This document shows, one piece after another, positions 23,820 through 36,925 of a DNA stretch of 64,000 bases. Numbering within the stretch: the stretch's first letter is position 1; the number at the start of each line of letters is the position of its first letter. A program made the position numbers and the translations under genes. The stretch is from Vicugna vicugna. Lineage: Eukaryota. Where the stretch lies: contig MU058221.1 of assembly GCA_013265495.1 (NCBI GenBank), positions 2,666,001 through 2,730,000 of the forward strand. Reading direction: 5' to 3'. The notes beneath the pieces are model-generated. The model made no database searches. It saw only the letters and a list, made by a program, of their open reading frames with translations, and was not told the DNA's origin.

Positions 23820-24425
23820 CCGTTCATTCGTTGACAAAGCACTTACGGAATGCCCATGCTGCACCTGGCTCTCCAGCGGGCCCCGGGGAGACACTGGCCA
23901 AGACAGACATGCTCTCTACGTCATGAAACTTGGGAGGCAGAACGAATGTACAAGATAAACTAGTAAAAACAGGCAAATTAATAACTACTCTCCAGTTGTG
24001 ATAAAACTGTGAAACAAGCAGATGGAGTGCAGAGACAGGGAAAACACGGGAGAGGAATTAATTCGAAATGCGCTGTTGGAGTCGAGTCTCTCGGAACGAG
24101 TGACATTTGAGCAGAGCCCTGGAGGGAGAAGGAGCCAGCCGTGCCCGAGTGGAGTCATGCCGGGGAGGAGGGCTCCAGCCCAGGGGAGCTTGCACTGATG
24201 CACAGGGTCAGACCAGGAAGACGCTTGCAAGGAGTCCACGATTAGGGGTTTGTGTTTTGCTGGTGCTGCAATGACAGGCCACAGAGGTCTCTTAAGCATG
24301 ATGTGATTTGTATCTTTTAAAGAGCACGCGGTTGCCTGTGTGGAGATTGTCAGGAAGAATGGAGCAGAAGGACTAATTAGGGAGGGCTGTGTAAGAATTC
24401 AAGCAAGAGATGGCGATGATGAGCC
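23820..24425 (-). mobile_element. L2 LINE 3' fragment
   Basis: ttcattcgttgacaaagcacttacggaatgcc (L2 3' end), gtgacatttgagcagagccctggagggagaaggagccagcc, ttcaagcaagagatggcgatg. Confidence 0.75.
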
Positions 24426-24871
24426 TTATCCATGAGAAAGCCAGGATGCTTCCACACCAAGGTGTCTTACTTTCTGCAAAATGGAGCACACGGCATCATA
24501 AAGACTGGAACCCTTACTCTCTTTGAGAGCAAGAGGAGCATTCACGCTCCCTTTACTCATTCATCCATCGCATGCCCGTTAAGCACACACACACTGTGTC
24601 AAGCCCACTTTAGGACCGGGGAGCTGGAGGTGGAGGAGGCGTAGTCCCTGGCTTTAGGATCCCTGGAAAGCTCTTTGCTGTTTAGAGGCAGGAGCTGGTG
24701 GGGGGGAAGGGCTGGGTGGGAGCTGGGGAAGGGACCAAGGTGGGGTAGCCATGACTGAGGAGAGCAGAAGAAAACAAAGGTGTACCTAATTTTGCAGCTT
24801 AGCTCATGGATATGGCTCTGCGGTATGTTCTCCCAATAGCCAGTTGTTTTTGTATTGCTGGATTCTGAATG

Positions 24872-25897
24872 ATTTTTATTTTATTTTACTTTTATTGACG
24901 TATAGGCAGTTTACAATCTTGTGTCAATTTCTGGTGCACAGCATAATATGTACAGTCCTACATATACATACATGTGTTTCTTTTTGTGTTCTATTTCATG
25001 ATAGGTTACTACAAGGTACTGCATGTAATTCCCTGTGCCATACAGTACAAACTTGTTTATCTATTTTATATATAGTAGTTAGTATCTGCAAACCCCAAAC
25101 TCCCAATTTATCCCTTCCCACCCCCTTCCCTTCCACCTGCCCCAGTAACCATAAGTTTGTTTTCTGTATCTCTGAGTCTGTTTCTGTTTTGTTAATAAGT
25201 TCATTTGTCATTTTAAAAAAACCCACATATGAATGATATTATATGGTATTTTTCTTTCTCTTTCTGGCTCACTTCACTTAGAATGATGACCTCCAGGTCC
25301 ATCCATGTTGCTGCAAATGGCATTATTTTATTCTTTTTATGGCTGAGTAGTATTCCACTGTACAAATATACCTCTACTTCTTTATCTAGTCCTCTGTGAT
25401 TTTTAGATTGTTTCCATGTCTTGGCTATTGTAAATAGTGCTGCTGTGAACATTAAGGTACATGTATCTTTTTGAATTATCTCTCTGGATATATGTCCAGG
25501 AGTGGGATTGCTGGATCATATGATAAGTCTATTTTTAGTTTTTTGAGGAATCTCCATGCTGTTTTCCATAATGGCTGCACCAAACTACATTCCCAACAGC
25601 AGTAAGAGGGTTCCCTTTTCTTCACATCCTCTCCAGCATTTATTGTTTGTGGACTTTTGAATGATGGCCATTCTGACTGGTGTTTTTGTTTTGCATTTCT
25701 CTGATATTTAGCGATGCTGAGAATTTTTTCATATGCCTGTTGGCCATTTGTATGTCTTCATTGGAGAGTTGCTTGTTTAGGTCTTCTGCCCATTTTTGGA
25801 TTGGGTTGTTTGTTTTTTTTAATTATTAAGTTTTATGAGCTATTTATCTGTTCTGGAAATGAAGCCCTTGTCAGTCTCATTTTTTTTTGCAAATATT
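24872..25897 (-). mobile_element. 5'-truncated L1 (ORF2 end + 3'UTR)
   Basis: T-rich tail, ttacaatcttgtgtcaatttctggtgcacagc; minus ORF 25213-25452 MFTAALFTIAKTWKQ...[13 protein letters not shown] matches the L1 ORF2p end. Confidence 0.93.
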
Positions 25898-27519
25898 ATG
25901 TTGGTGATATATTTACTTGGATTTCCTATAATGAATGAATAAAAAGAGAGGGTAGATTAGAATTAAATATTTTGGGGGTAGAAGGGCTCCCTCCTCTTCA
26001 GTTATTTTTTTAAATATATAAAAATGGTTAAAAGAGTTTCAGCACTGGAAAGCTAGAGGACCAGCAGATAAGAGCGGGCTTTGGGGAGAGGTGGGTGGAA
26101 GGAAAGAATGGCCACGTGAGGGGTTATCTGAGGGTCTTGGCAGCTGCAGTGGCACCAAAAAGGCCACACACAAACTTCATGGACTGCCATGGCTAAAGAA
26201 AGAGTGGTCATTCATTTCTCACAGTCAGATGAGAGAAGGAGGCTGAACAAGGACTGTGGGCTAAGTGGGCAGGGGGTTCGCTGGCACATTCTTCTGCTGG
26301 AACTGGCTTGGGTTTTCAATGCACAGCCTTCCCATAATTGCCACATTCAGCCAGGAGAACATGAGATCTGACTCATTTCTTCTTATCTTCTTGTTTTTAA
26401 GCACCTCCTGGGTGTCCAGTCCTCTGATGGACACCTTAAAGGCACTGCTCAGCCACCAAGCCAGTATATACAAGTGCTTACAATTTAAGGAGATAGAATT
26501 GAAGCAGCTTGTACTGTTTGAGAACCAAAAAAAGTAGACAGCAGCCGAGCTGCCATCTGAATGCTGGAGAAGGCTGTGTGGCTCAGAGTCTGGGATTCAG
26601 TGTAGACAGATTCAAGACCCAGGCGCCTCGGGCCTCAGGATCTGCAGCTGTTGAGCTGGGTGCCAGATCTTTCCAAGTGAGGGGAACAGAGGAGCAAGAG
26701 ACCAAGGTCCCGTTATGGTACCTCTGGCTCCTAGCACATTGGCAAGTGGGTTTGACCACATGGGATATATAGCATGAGCTACTGTTTGTAAGAAATACAT
26801 CTGTATGATGCAAGGGCTTTCCCCAAAATGCTGGTTGTCTTTCGGGGCTCAGATAAGAGGTCATTTCTAGGTTTTTCTTTTTCTTTCTTTTTCTGTATTT
26901 TTTTTTAACCTTTCCCTGTCTATTCTAATTTTCCTACAAAGAAGATACATGATTTTTGTAAGGTTTTTTACAAAATACAGGTACTTCATTAATGAACATC
27001 TGCAAAGTGGAGAGGCTATAGTTGCCACTTTCCCTGGAGCCCACCTCACCAGTGGAAGCTGACTTTATGGTGAATCATGAGGGCGAAGGTTCTAATTTGA
27101 TGTGTGATGGGGGAGGACTCTCTCCACTTTTAGGAGATGAATTCAAGTGTAGGAAACCAAGGCAGTGGTATCAGGGTCATAGAGTTTTGGGCATAAAAAT
27201 GTTAGAAAGTTGCTGTGAAAGCCAGCCCCAGGCCCAGGCATGTCCAAGCCCTCCCGGCCATCAGTTTCAGCTTTTACTAAACCTTCTCCGTCTATGTTCC
27301 TGGAGCAGCAGAGTGTTTTCAGACTCACGACCATGAGGTACTTGAACAGCCACCCTAATGACCAAAAATGTTTCTAAATAGCAGGGCAGATGCTGCAGGG
27401 GAGGACCTTCGGATCTTCTAATCTGAGGGTCCCTGACTTGTGGCTCACTGATGTGGGTTTATGTGTTTGTTTGGTTTTGTCCAGTTCCTGGCCATTGTAG
27501 AATTTTGAGAAATTGAGCC

Positions 27520-27712
27520 AACATTAAGAATCAAGCGTTTACACAGAAACTTTGAATCCTTGTTTTCTCTTTAAGATCCCAGGTGTTCTCTACCTCCTGG
27601 CTCGTGTTCCTGCTGCCTCTGCTCAACTCCATCCTTCGGATGGTTAGTTCTCTGTGGTCCCCTCGATCCCCTGTTTTCCCCAATCTAAGGCCAAAGGCAG
27701 TTGCCATTTATA
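27520..27712. mobile_element. Old hAT-Charlie-type DNA transposon fragment (MER102-like)
   Basis: gccaacattaagaatcaagcgtttacacagaaactttgaatcc...aggccaaaggcagttgccatttat; similar segment at 35505-35585. Confidence 0.4.
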
Positions 27713-27926
27713 ATTTTTTGTTAATTTATCTGTGTTTCTAGCAAAGGTAAAAAGTAAAAAGTTATATCAGAGGACCATATATCAAGAAGAAAAAGAGAAA
27801 GAGCATATTTCCTTTTGGAAAGTGAAGAATATTCAGGTAGCAGGCAGATACCCTTGTGACATTGTTGGCTTCTACTGCCATTGAGTTTTTGACTCTTGCC
27901 CTAAGCTTTAAGATCTTCCTACGTAA

Positions 27927-28340
27927 AAAAGACGTGGTGTATATATACACACGCTATATATATATATATATTTCCATCCAATGGAATACTACTCAGCCAT
28001 AAAAAAGAACAAAATAATGCCATTTGCAGCAACAAGGATGGACCTAGAAATTATCATACTAATTGAAGTGAATCAGAGAAAGACAAATATATGATATCAC
28101 TTATATGTGGAATCTAAAAAAAAAGATACAAACTTTATTTACAGACCAGAAATAGAGTCACAGACATAGAAAACAAAACTATGGTTTCCACAGGGGAAAA
28201 AGGGAGAGGGATCAATCTGGAGTTTGGGTTTAACAGGTATGCGCTACTGTATATAAAACAGATAAATAACAAGGACCTACTGTACAGCACAGGGAAATAT
28301 ATTCAGTTTCTTATAATAAACTATAATGGAAAAGAAAAGA
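27927..28340 (+). mobile_element. L1 ORF2 end/3'UTR fragment with internal (TA)n
   Basis: aatggaatactactcagccataaaaaagaacaaaataatgccatttgcagcaac ... gtacagcacagggaaatatattca. Confidence 0.92.
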
Positions 28341-29967
28341 AGTGAGATATTGAAATCTCCCCCCCGCAAAAAAATGATCTTCCTCATGGGCTGAAGTGCC
28401 AGCAAAGAAGGTCTTAAGGAGAGGGTGGGGGTGGGCATTCTGTATTCATAGATTTCTCCTCCTTTCAAGGACCACCGTCACCTCCACCATACCTATCCCA
28501 CCCCCCGAAACAACAAAACAACCACAAAACAAGAGTTGAGAAGTTCCTGGCTTGCAGTACTAAGAGGTAAGGTTTGGGATTGCCTACTGGCTGTTACCTA
28601 TACTGTACCTGCATTTTCCAACACAGATTGAGCTGTTTCCTTCCAATGTTTATTATAAAGAAGTGAAAATGCAAAGTCCTTATATTATCTAAACAGTGAC
28701 TGGCTAGAAAACCAAATGGCCTTCCCCAGTGCTCTTTACTGAAATTTCCCAGGGGAGCCATGAGTTCTCTGTTATTAGGGTAAATATCTACAGAAGACAG
28801 GCGTGTTAGACAGTTACTTGGAAGTTTCAGCAGGAAATTAAATTTGCAAAACAGGAGTAAAAGCACGGTAGCATTTTTGTATACGGGGACAAAAGCAAGG
28901 AAATTGAATATTGAGATTTTTGTAGCGTTCTTCCCCGGTGGGATAGAATGGGAGAGCGCACAGTTTGCCACTGATCAGAAGGTCAAACCTAAGATGGCTT
29001 AGCAAGATGTTCATTCTGAAGACCAAAAAAATCATCTGACAGCCCCAAATCTCAAAGATACAGAAGCCTCAGCAAATGGGATATCTCTGTTAGATGTTTT
29101 TCCTCGGCATGTTTATTTATTATTGATTTGCAATTTTTAGAGAGGATGCTCTCAGTTCTTTACTATGTGAAGTCACTCTGGGATATCTGCCCCCTTTTCC
29201 TAAGTAACTGTGATCGGTGTTTCCTCAAGTAAATTGATGATTTTATTCATGAGTTCTGTGGTGTTAATAATAAATACATCATAAATACATGTGCCAATGA
29301 GTGGAATAGTCTAAACAGAGAAGTTGTATCTGTGCCTTTTAAGCTAACAAGAACTGGAGCATATCAGAATTTGGGGGGGGTGCAAATTTCTTTTCTTCTC
29401 TTTGATGGTAATTTCTGTTGGTAAATGTGCTGGCAGCTGCAGATTTAACGAAGAAATGGCGAGGTGGTGCAGAAGGGGGAGGGTGCAACAAGACATTCGA
29501 AATTTATTTTAAAAAGACTAATAGCCATAGGTTTATTTATTTACTTATTTTAGATAAGAAAAGGACTGGAACTCTTAACTGCAAATTTGAGGGGAAGTGA
29601 TGGAAAGTTAAAAAGCTCTGGTGGGAGGGTCGGGAAGCCCTCGGTCCCGCCACCAGACCCCCGTGAAACCCTGTAAAGTGAAGGTGGGAGACTGAGTGTC
29701 TTTGGGGTCATTTCAGGGTCCGTTATTCTCCCACGCGATGACTTTGTTGAGATGTGCCTGAAACAGAACTGCCTTAAGCTTGAGCGAATCATCCAATTTC
29801 CTAATTGTCAAACCTTCTAGGAGAGGCCTCTGACTGCCGGGCTGGGGACTGAGTAAGGCCTATCTGAGGAGCAGGTGTTGGCCACAAGGTATTGCCACAT
29901 ATGCTATTTGGGAGGAAACCATGGAGTTTGTTGGCTATAGGTAACCACTTAAGAGATCCTAGAAGGC

Positions 29968-30093
29968 GGGGGAGGGTATAGCTCAGTGATACAGTGCATG
30001 CCTAGCGTGTGCAAGGTCTTGGGTTCAATCCCCAGTACCTCCACCAAAGGAAAAAAAACCTAATTACCTTACCCCAAAATAGTTTTACAAAAA
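29968..30093 (+). mobile_element. Camelid tRNA-derived SINE (Vic-1-type)
   Basis: ggggagggtatagctcagtg...gggttcaatccccagtacctcc (Pol III A and B boxes); TSD aagagatcctagaagg 29951-29966 / aagatatcctaaaagg 30094-30109. Confidence 0.92.
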
Positions 30094-31491
30094 AAGATAT
30101 CCTAAAAGGAAAAAAAATGTAATTTTCTTTAAAAAATCAGCTCTGGCACTCCTGGGCCTCATTCTTACAGACTGGAACAATAATGTGAGGGCAGAGATGG
30201 GGGCCCCCCCCGGAAGCAAGGGTAGACGCCCTTCTTAAGTCACCAGCCCTGTGATCCTACGGCCATGTCGGTTGTCACCTTTCTGTTCCTTGACTCACAT
30301 TACCTGCCTTGCGAGAACTGAGCTAAATGTCACTCATGAGCCCAGCACCTGTGTGTCCTTTCAGTTAGCTGAACCCGTGACCACAGACGACGTTGGACTC
30401 ACTCCCAAGGATGCGGAAGGAAATGTGTTGAGATGGCTGGGAAGCCAGGCTGAGCTTTCTCCCTTGGAAACAGAATACTAGCTCTCACCTTCATGTCAGG
30501 TGGAATACATCTTGTCAGAAACACATGTCACGCACTCCTCACGACCCAGATACCGGGTGACCATTATGACATTCCCAATTTCTTCTCTTCCTCGGCTTCC
30601 TTCTCTAAGAAACAAGACGAAAGGATGATTCAGTGCACTAGTTATAGGAAACTGGGGTTTGACTCAGAGCGTGATGTTAGTCAATTCCAAGAAAACAAAA
30701 AGCCAAAGAAATTATTCAGCATCAAGAAGTAAAAAGATTTTTTTCCCCACAAGTAACTGTTTTACAACTAAACTATTTGCATGTATTGAGGGAGTTCAGA
30801 GGTAGTAAATGTGTTTTTCTCCGTTAGTTCAGTCTTTCACATTTCTCCCATTTATCAGACATGAAACCCAAGAAGACAGCCACCAGGCAGGTAGATGCAC
30901 AGACGGGTTTATTGAAAACACTGCCACACTGCTGCCTTCCCTCTTAATTTTTGGCCTCAGACAAAAGAGACAGTGCCTCTTCAGGGGTGAAGTGGGAGCA
31001 TTATGGACTGAAAAAAAAATATGCTCTCCAAAACCGAAATTCAGCTAATTATATGTTATTCACCTGCCCAGCTTCAGAGGGTGGACTTGTAATTTGCGCT
31101 TGTTCAAGAAGAAAATTTCTTGATCGCAGTGGCCGTGCTGTCAGGATTCATAAGAGGAAGATGATTATCTGTTAATTTTGGAGTAAGGAGGCTTTTCACC
31201 ACCAGGCAAAAAACGAAGCAAAAACCGGGCATTTCTCACAGGCAGAAAAAAGAAATTACTTGTTTTGATGGAATAATTACTATTTAAACCGTATTAGGCT
31301 GGACTTGTAAAATGCCTAGTCTAGAGTTTATGGGTATCATTATCCATCTGGGGAATTCAGGAAGGAATATGTAGATGTTTTGATGCTGATAAGGAATAGA
31401 CTATATTCCTTATATACGTCTGTGTGGCGTATAAACATGTATACTATTTAGGAAGAAACTAGGCTTTGAAAAGTCAATATATTTTTAAGAC

Positions 31492-32160
31492 TTTTTTTTT
31501 TTGGAGCAGTTTTAGGTTCACAGCAACATTGAGAGGAGAGCACATTTTCCATATTCTGTCCTGCGCCTACTCCCCCATTGTCAGCATCTCCCACCAGAAT
31601 GGTACATCTGTCACAATAAATGAACCTACATTGACACAACATCATCACCCAGAGCCCAGACTTTTCATTAATGTCCATCTCTCAATGTCGTACATTCTGT
31701 GAATCTGGTAAATGTATTGTGCCGTGATCCCACCATTATAATATTGTACAGGGTATGTTCACTGGCCTAAGAATTCTCTGTGCTCCCCCCTCTTCATTGC
31801 TCCCTCCCCCCATCTGATCTTTTTTACTGTCTCCATAGTTTTGCCTTTTCCACAATGTCATATAATTGGAATCATACAGCATGTAACCTTTTCAGGCTCC
31901 AAGCTAAATACACTCTTACCATATGACCCAGCCTTCCTTAGTACCCAAAGGTTTTGAAAACTTATGTCCACCCCAAAACCTGTGCTCGGTGTTCACAGCA
32001 GCTTTATTCACAACTGCCAAAACATCGAAGCCAGCAAGATCGCTCCTTCAGTAGGTGAATGGATAAATACATTGTGGTATGTCCAACAACAGAATATTAT
32101 TTGGTGCTGAAAAATGAGCTATCAAGGGATGAAAAGACATGGAGGAAACAAATATGCATA
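31492..32160. mobile_element. Old L1MC-type element with 5' inversion (- 31492-31898; + 31899-32160)
   Basis: gcagttttaggttcacagcaacattgag...ccaccagaatggtaca...ggaatcatacagcatgtaaccttttcag, then sense ttaccatatgacccagc...gagctatcaagggatgaaaagacatggagg. Confidence 0.85.
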
Positions 32161-32345
32161 GCACCTGTTCTTGATTCTGTTTTAAGTGCCTTTAATAATG
32201 GTTAATAAAAATTGATTTCTGTCTTTAGTCTGTCCCAGGTAAATAGAAGTTAGTTTTAATTTGGGAACTAGTTCATTATTTATTATTTCTGGCCATAGTT
32301 AGGATAAGTACATTTTATTGTACTTACTCTTAAGATACCTAATAA

Positions 32346-32563
32346 CAGTGGTTATCAATCAGAAGCAATTTTAACCCCTCAGGGGCGTTTGAGAACATAT
32401 GAGGATGTTTAGTTGTGACTGTGGATGGAAGGAAGATATTTCTGGTGTCCGCTGGGTAGATATTAAGGATGCTGTTAACTATGCTGCAGTGCACCAGACA
32501 GCCTCTCAAAACAAAGAATTATCTGGCCAAAAATGTTAATAATTCCGAGGCTGACAAACCCTG
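32346..32563 (+). mobile_element. MER20 (hAT-Charlie), near full length
   Basis: cagtggttatcaatc...ggatgctgttaactatgctgcagtgcaccagacagcc...aaagaattatctggccaaaaatgttaataattccgaggctgacaaaccctg. Confidence 0.88.
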
Positions 32564-34174
32564 CAGGGAATGGTTGAAGGAAGGGGATGCTTCGCACGAT
32601 GAAGAGATGACAAAGGAGAGACCTGATGGCTATGTTCAAGTTTCTGGAGGGCTCTTAGGTGTGGGGAGCATAAGAGTGCCTTCCCTGCTCTTTGCTGGGC
32701 ACTTGAACCATCGAGTGGAGGCTGCGGAGGCTGGCGACGGAGGGAGAAGCTTTGTAAGAGGTCTCTAACAAGCTGGCATGTGCTGCCTCGGGGACCAGTG
32801 AATTGCTCGTCCGTAGGTGACTAAAACAGAAAGTGGACTGTCACTGGAAAGCGACGTCCAATACCTAATTATGCAGAATTGGCTTATTGGAAAGAATTTC
32901 ATTCCAGATGATGTGCGAGGGGCTCAGAGGCCAGCACTGCAGAGCTCTTAAAATAAAATCATCTAAGGCACCGCTTGCAGATGCAAAACCTGAACGATTC
33001 CATTCTTGCTAATTTTGGAGGTCTGGCTCTATATATAGCTTTATAAATATACATAGGTAGCATCTGAGAACGATACATAGACACTTCAGCGTAACTTTTA
33101 CTTCTGTAAGGTTTCAGAAGTAGATGGAGTAACTTCATGCCTTGCCTGTGTAACTTCCTAAATTAGCAGCCTCCAAATTTAATTAATCAATGTGAAAATT
33201 TTAATCCATGCACATTATTTGCATATCTATGTAGTTTAAAATGTATATTGTCACCAATAGAAATTTCAAAAGATGAAGAAAAGAAAATCTGTATTTTTTT
33301 CACATGGAATTGACCAAAGGGCTCTAAATTGATCCTTCTCACCTCTGAGAAGTGAAGGAACATTGTTTGAATTCTAAAATTTAAAAAAATATAGAATTTC
33401 CAGTTTATTGTAAAATCCAAATGAGTAGCTAATAAAATACACTTTAAAAAGTCCGACCAATGAAATAAAGCCCCAATTTTTAAAATTAGGTTTGACAGGC
33501 GTAGAACTATCCTCTCAGTTTCCTGTGAGAGTTTCTCTATGCTGACTCTGCATTTCTGTGTTTGTCTCATCGGGGACTGGTTGTGGTCTTGTCGGCTGCT
33601 CCTTTCAGCAAGCCACACTGAGTGCACTTTCGAAAACAATCATGAGAAGTTCATATTGTTGCCCATAGGAAAACTGAGGCCAGAACTAAACGACGTGAGC
33701 CTATTGGAAAAAAATTCCATAATCTTAGATTGGTATCCGGAATTTTCAGTGCAGGCCTATGTGTGATGTGTAATAGTTCAGAACCCTTCCGTCTAAAAAC
33801 AGGAGGCTTGACGGGGAATTAGGAGTCCAAGCTTCCACTGCTAGTTTTTAACCCTAATTACCACATGCCAGCAAACAGTCAGCTTATCCCTTCTGTAGCT
33901 TGTTTTCCATCTGCCAAATGGGCGTGAAAGCACCTTCCAGCCTTCCCTGACAAGACGCTGACACCCCGAGCCATCACAGCCTGCCGGAATGACAGTCACT
34001 GGTGGCCGAGTTAGACCAAGGGCGTAGTTCAGATGTGGGAATAATCTCTCTTCTTTTGTGCCTCCTTCTGGTCGAGTCATATTTAAATGTCTGGTGGAGG
34101 AGAAGCCGTGGGACAAACACATCTCTTCTCATTTCTTTGGGATGTTATGTACTTTTCGTTCACATCTTGTTCCC

Positions 34175-34335
34175 AAGAAGCTCATCTGTAAATTAGAATG
34201 ACAGTACCTGTTTCGTAGGGTCGTTGTTAAGGAATAAATTAGATTATTCAGGTAGGCACTTAAAATGCAGGGCACAAAATTTATTGAGAGGGGCTCAATA
34301 AATGGCTATTATTATTATTATTAATATTATTATTA
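34175..34335 (+). mobile_element. MIR 3' fragment with (TAT)n tail
   Basis: ctcatctgtaaattagaatgacagtacctgtttcgtagggtcgttgttaaggaataaattagat...gctcaataaatggctattatt. Confidence 0.75.
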
Positions 34336-35193
34336 GCAGCGTTCCTTTTAACAGAAGTGCGTGATCACTCAGGGTACATAGCGCTTCTTAGCAAGCAGTG
34401 CGATCACTCGGTAAAGATGGACTAGCTGGGAGCTAGAGGGATGCTAAGCTTGACCTTTGACTCTGCCAATCAAAGGCCCTCAGTGTTCTCACTCTGCTCT
34501 ACTTCCTGGTGCAGAGGCCCTCATCTTTCTGATGGACACACAGCAACAGCCTGTTCCGAACTACTACACACTTGTTGAGCTTTTGTTTCACAGCTCCCGT
34601 GGGTCAAGGACTAGAATTAAAAGGCCTCCTGTTAAGTGCGTAATTGTGTGAGAGAGAAAAATCAGGAGGGAAAAAAAAAAATGGTGCTATCAAAAAACGT
34701 CACACCTTCTGCAAACCCTGGAGGCAAACAGGCGTTTACTTGTTGGAAAAAAACACTGCAAATTCTAAAGTATGTGTCTGATGGAGAACCAAGTTTGGAT
34801 CGCAGTATTGAGACTATTATACACCCCCCCCATGTAGATCTTACCTGCTTTGATGCATGGACATTTCATAACAACATACACAAGGTATTACGACTTAGAA
34901 TTACATTTGCCAAGATCTTTTCTTAATTCAGTTGAATTCACTAAAATAGGATTCTTTAGAAATGAAGGTCATAGTCTTCTATCATTCTGATGTTGGGTCC
35001 CTCTGTTTCTCACCTAGGCTTGTGGGACACCTGTCTTGACCAGAATTATTTGGGGACCACGTTGAAATCTAAGTGTCTGGGTGTGGGCTTCACGGAATCC
35101 CTCCAGTGAGGAAGCTCTCATTCTCAGAGAGGGTCTCCTTGCCATGTGTGGGAAGGAGAGCAGTTCCTGGCACTGGAAAAGGAACATTTAGAG

Positions 35194-35388
35194 CAGGGCT
35201 CAGCTAACTTTCTGTAAAGGGTCATATCGTGAATATTTTAGGCTTCATGGGCCAGACGACTCAGTTTTGCCATTGTAATGCACAAGTGACCGCAGATAAT
35301 ACATAAAAGCGATGAGCGTGGCTGTGTTCCAAGACAACTGTATTTACAGAAAGAGGCAGTGGGTTGGCTTTGATCCACCAGCCTTTGC
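35194..35388 (+). mobile_element. MER58A hAT MITE
   Basis: aactttctgtaaagggtcatatcgtgaatattttaggcttcatgggcca...gatgagcgtggctgtgttccaa...tatttacagaaagaggcagtggg. Confidence 0.82.
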
Positions 35389-36007
35389 AGAGAAAGAATT
35401 GCGGGTTCAAAGGCCACCAGCCGGCAGCCACTGGCCAAATTCAGGAGAAAGATTTTTCTTTGACTCCCCAGCATTTTTCTGCAGGGTTTTTTTTTCTTTT
35501 CCTGTTAGTTGCCAATATTTAAAAATCAGATTTCTACATACTGATATGGAATCTGACATCCGAACAGCAAAGATGTGGTAACTCTCCTCGGTCTTCCTTT
35601 GTTCAGAAATTCAGACTCACTTCTGTCATTTACATGGCCTGTCTTGCCCTTGCTCTGCTCCTGGAAGGATTTGACTCTGTGGACAGTTTCTAGTACATCC
35701 TGTCTCTCTTCCTTCTTTATTTTCCGTTCCTGAAAGCTATCTCATTTTGGTTCACTGAGGCTGAGGGTCAGGGGTACCATTACCAACTGATGTATGGATG
35801 TGCAACACGGTCAGCGTCTCCGAGGGAGCCGGGGAGCTGAACTTCAGAAGTGGTGGAACTGCAGCTCACTTCCTGAGTCCAGCTTCAAACAGCATCTCAG
35901 GTTTCATGTCTCGCCTTTCCCCTCTTTCTCACCCGCATGCAATGGCCCAAAAAGAGGGTAGGTTTTTCTGTTTAGTATGTTCACTGGCTGAGTGTTCAGT
36001 CTTCTCG

Positions 36008-36327
36008 TCCATCTAAAGAATTTGTTTACTGTACTGTAAATTTTTTTCAATAAAAGTAGCCGTTTACTGTGCATCAGCAATGCTCAGGTCTGCACTGGAG
36101 GTAGGACTGTTAATTACATCGTCTAGTTAATTTCATTTAATTCATTTAGTATTTACCACGTAAGTCTCCTTTTCCATCTAAAGAATCCTGTTTATTGTAT
36201 TGTATTTTTTTTCAATAAAAGTAGCTGTTCACTGTGCATCAGCAATGCTCACGTCTGCACTGGGGGTACGATTGTTAATTACACCATCTAGTTAATTTCA
36301 TTTACCTCATTTGGTACTTTCCACATA
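36008..36327 (+). repeat. Direct tandem duplication, period about 165 bp, two diverged copies
   Basis: tccatctaaagaat...ttttttcaataaaagtagc...actgtgcatcagcaatgctca.gtctgcactgg...tctagttaatttcattta starts at both 36008 and 36173. Confidence 0.95.
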
Positions 36328-36715
36328 CCAGGCACCTTGCCCGGCATCAGTGTCATGGAGCAGGAAGCAGGTAAGCGTGAGACTTCCAAAGGGAGGATCT
36401 TATCTTACAGAGATCGTGGAAAGTGTAAGGAAGCCCGCTCATGCACTAAGGAGAACAGTGGAAAACACAACTATTTATCAAAACTGTTTTTTCTTTAATA
36501 AACGCTGAGTTTATTTAGTCCAGGAAACAAAGTTTCGGGATAAATGGAAAAGTCTGTGGGTTGGCAAATGGAACCAGTATTGTTTTATTTAACATCTGCA
36601 AAACTAATCCGTACTTGCAAATACATAGTGAGACTTGAGTATCTTTTAAAGAGTTACACGAGGTTACAGGATAGCTGGGTGCCAAGCAGATAAAAATATA
36701 CTAAAGAATAACTTA

Positions 36716-36925
36716 GAGTTGGAGATTTGCAGATACTACCTACCATCTATAAAATGGATAAACAACAAATTTCTTCTGTGTAGCACAGGGAACTATATTC
36801 AATATCTTGTAGTAACCTATAAGGGAAAAGAATATGAAAAGGAATATATGTGTGTATATATATGACTGAAACATTATGCTGTCCACCAGTAAACTGACTA
36901 TACTTCAATAAAAAACAATTAAAAA
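36716..36925 (+). mobile_element. 5'-truncated young L1 3'UTR with A-tail and TSD
   Basis: ggagatttgcagatactac...aactgactatacttcaataaaaaa; perfect TSD aaagaataactta at 36703-36715 and 36926-36938. Confidence 0.93.

Noticed and set aside
33187..33639. Longest ORF (150 aa, - strand)
   Set aside because: AT-rich, no recognisable domain and no convincing splice boundaries; consistent with chance
34845..34940. - strand exon with good donor (gcag|gtaaga) and acceptor (cctattttag)
   Set aside because: Stop codons in all three frames and nothing else supports it
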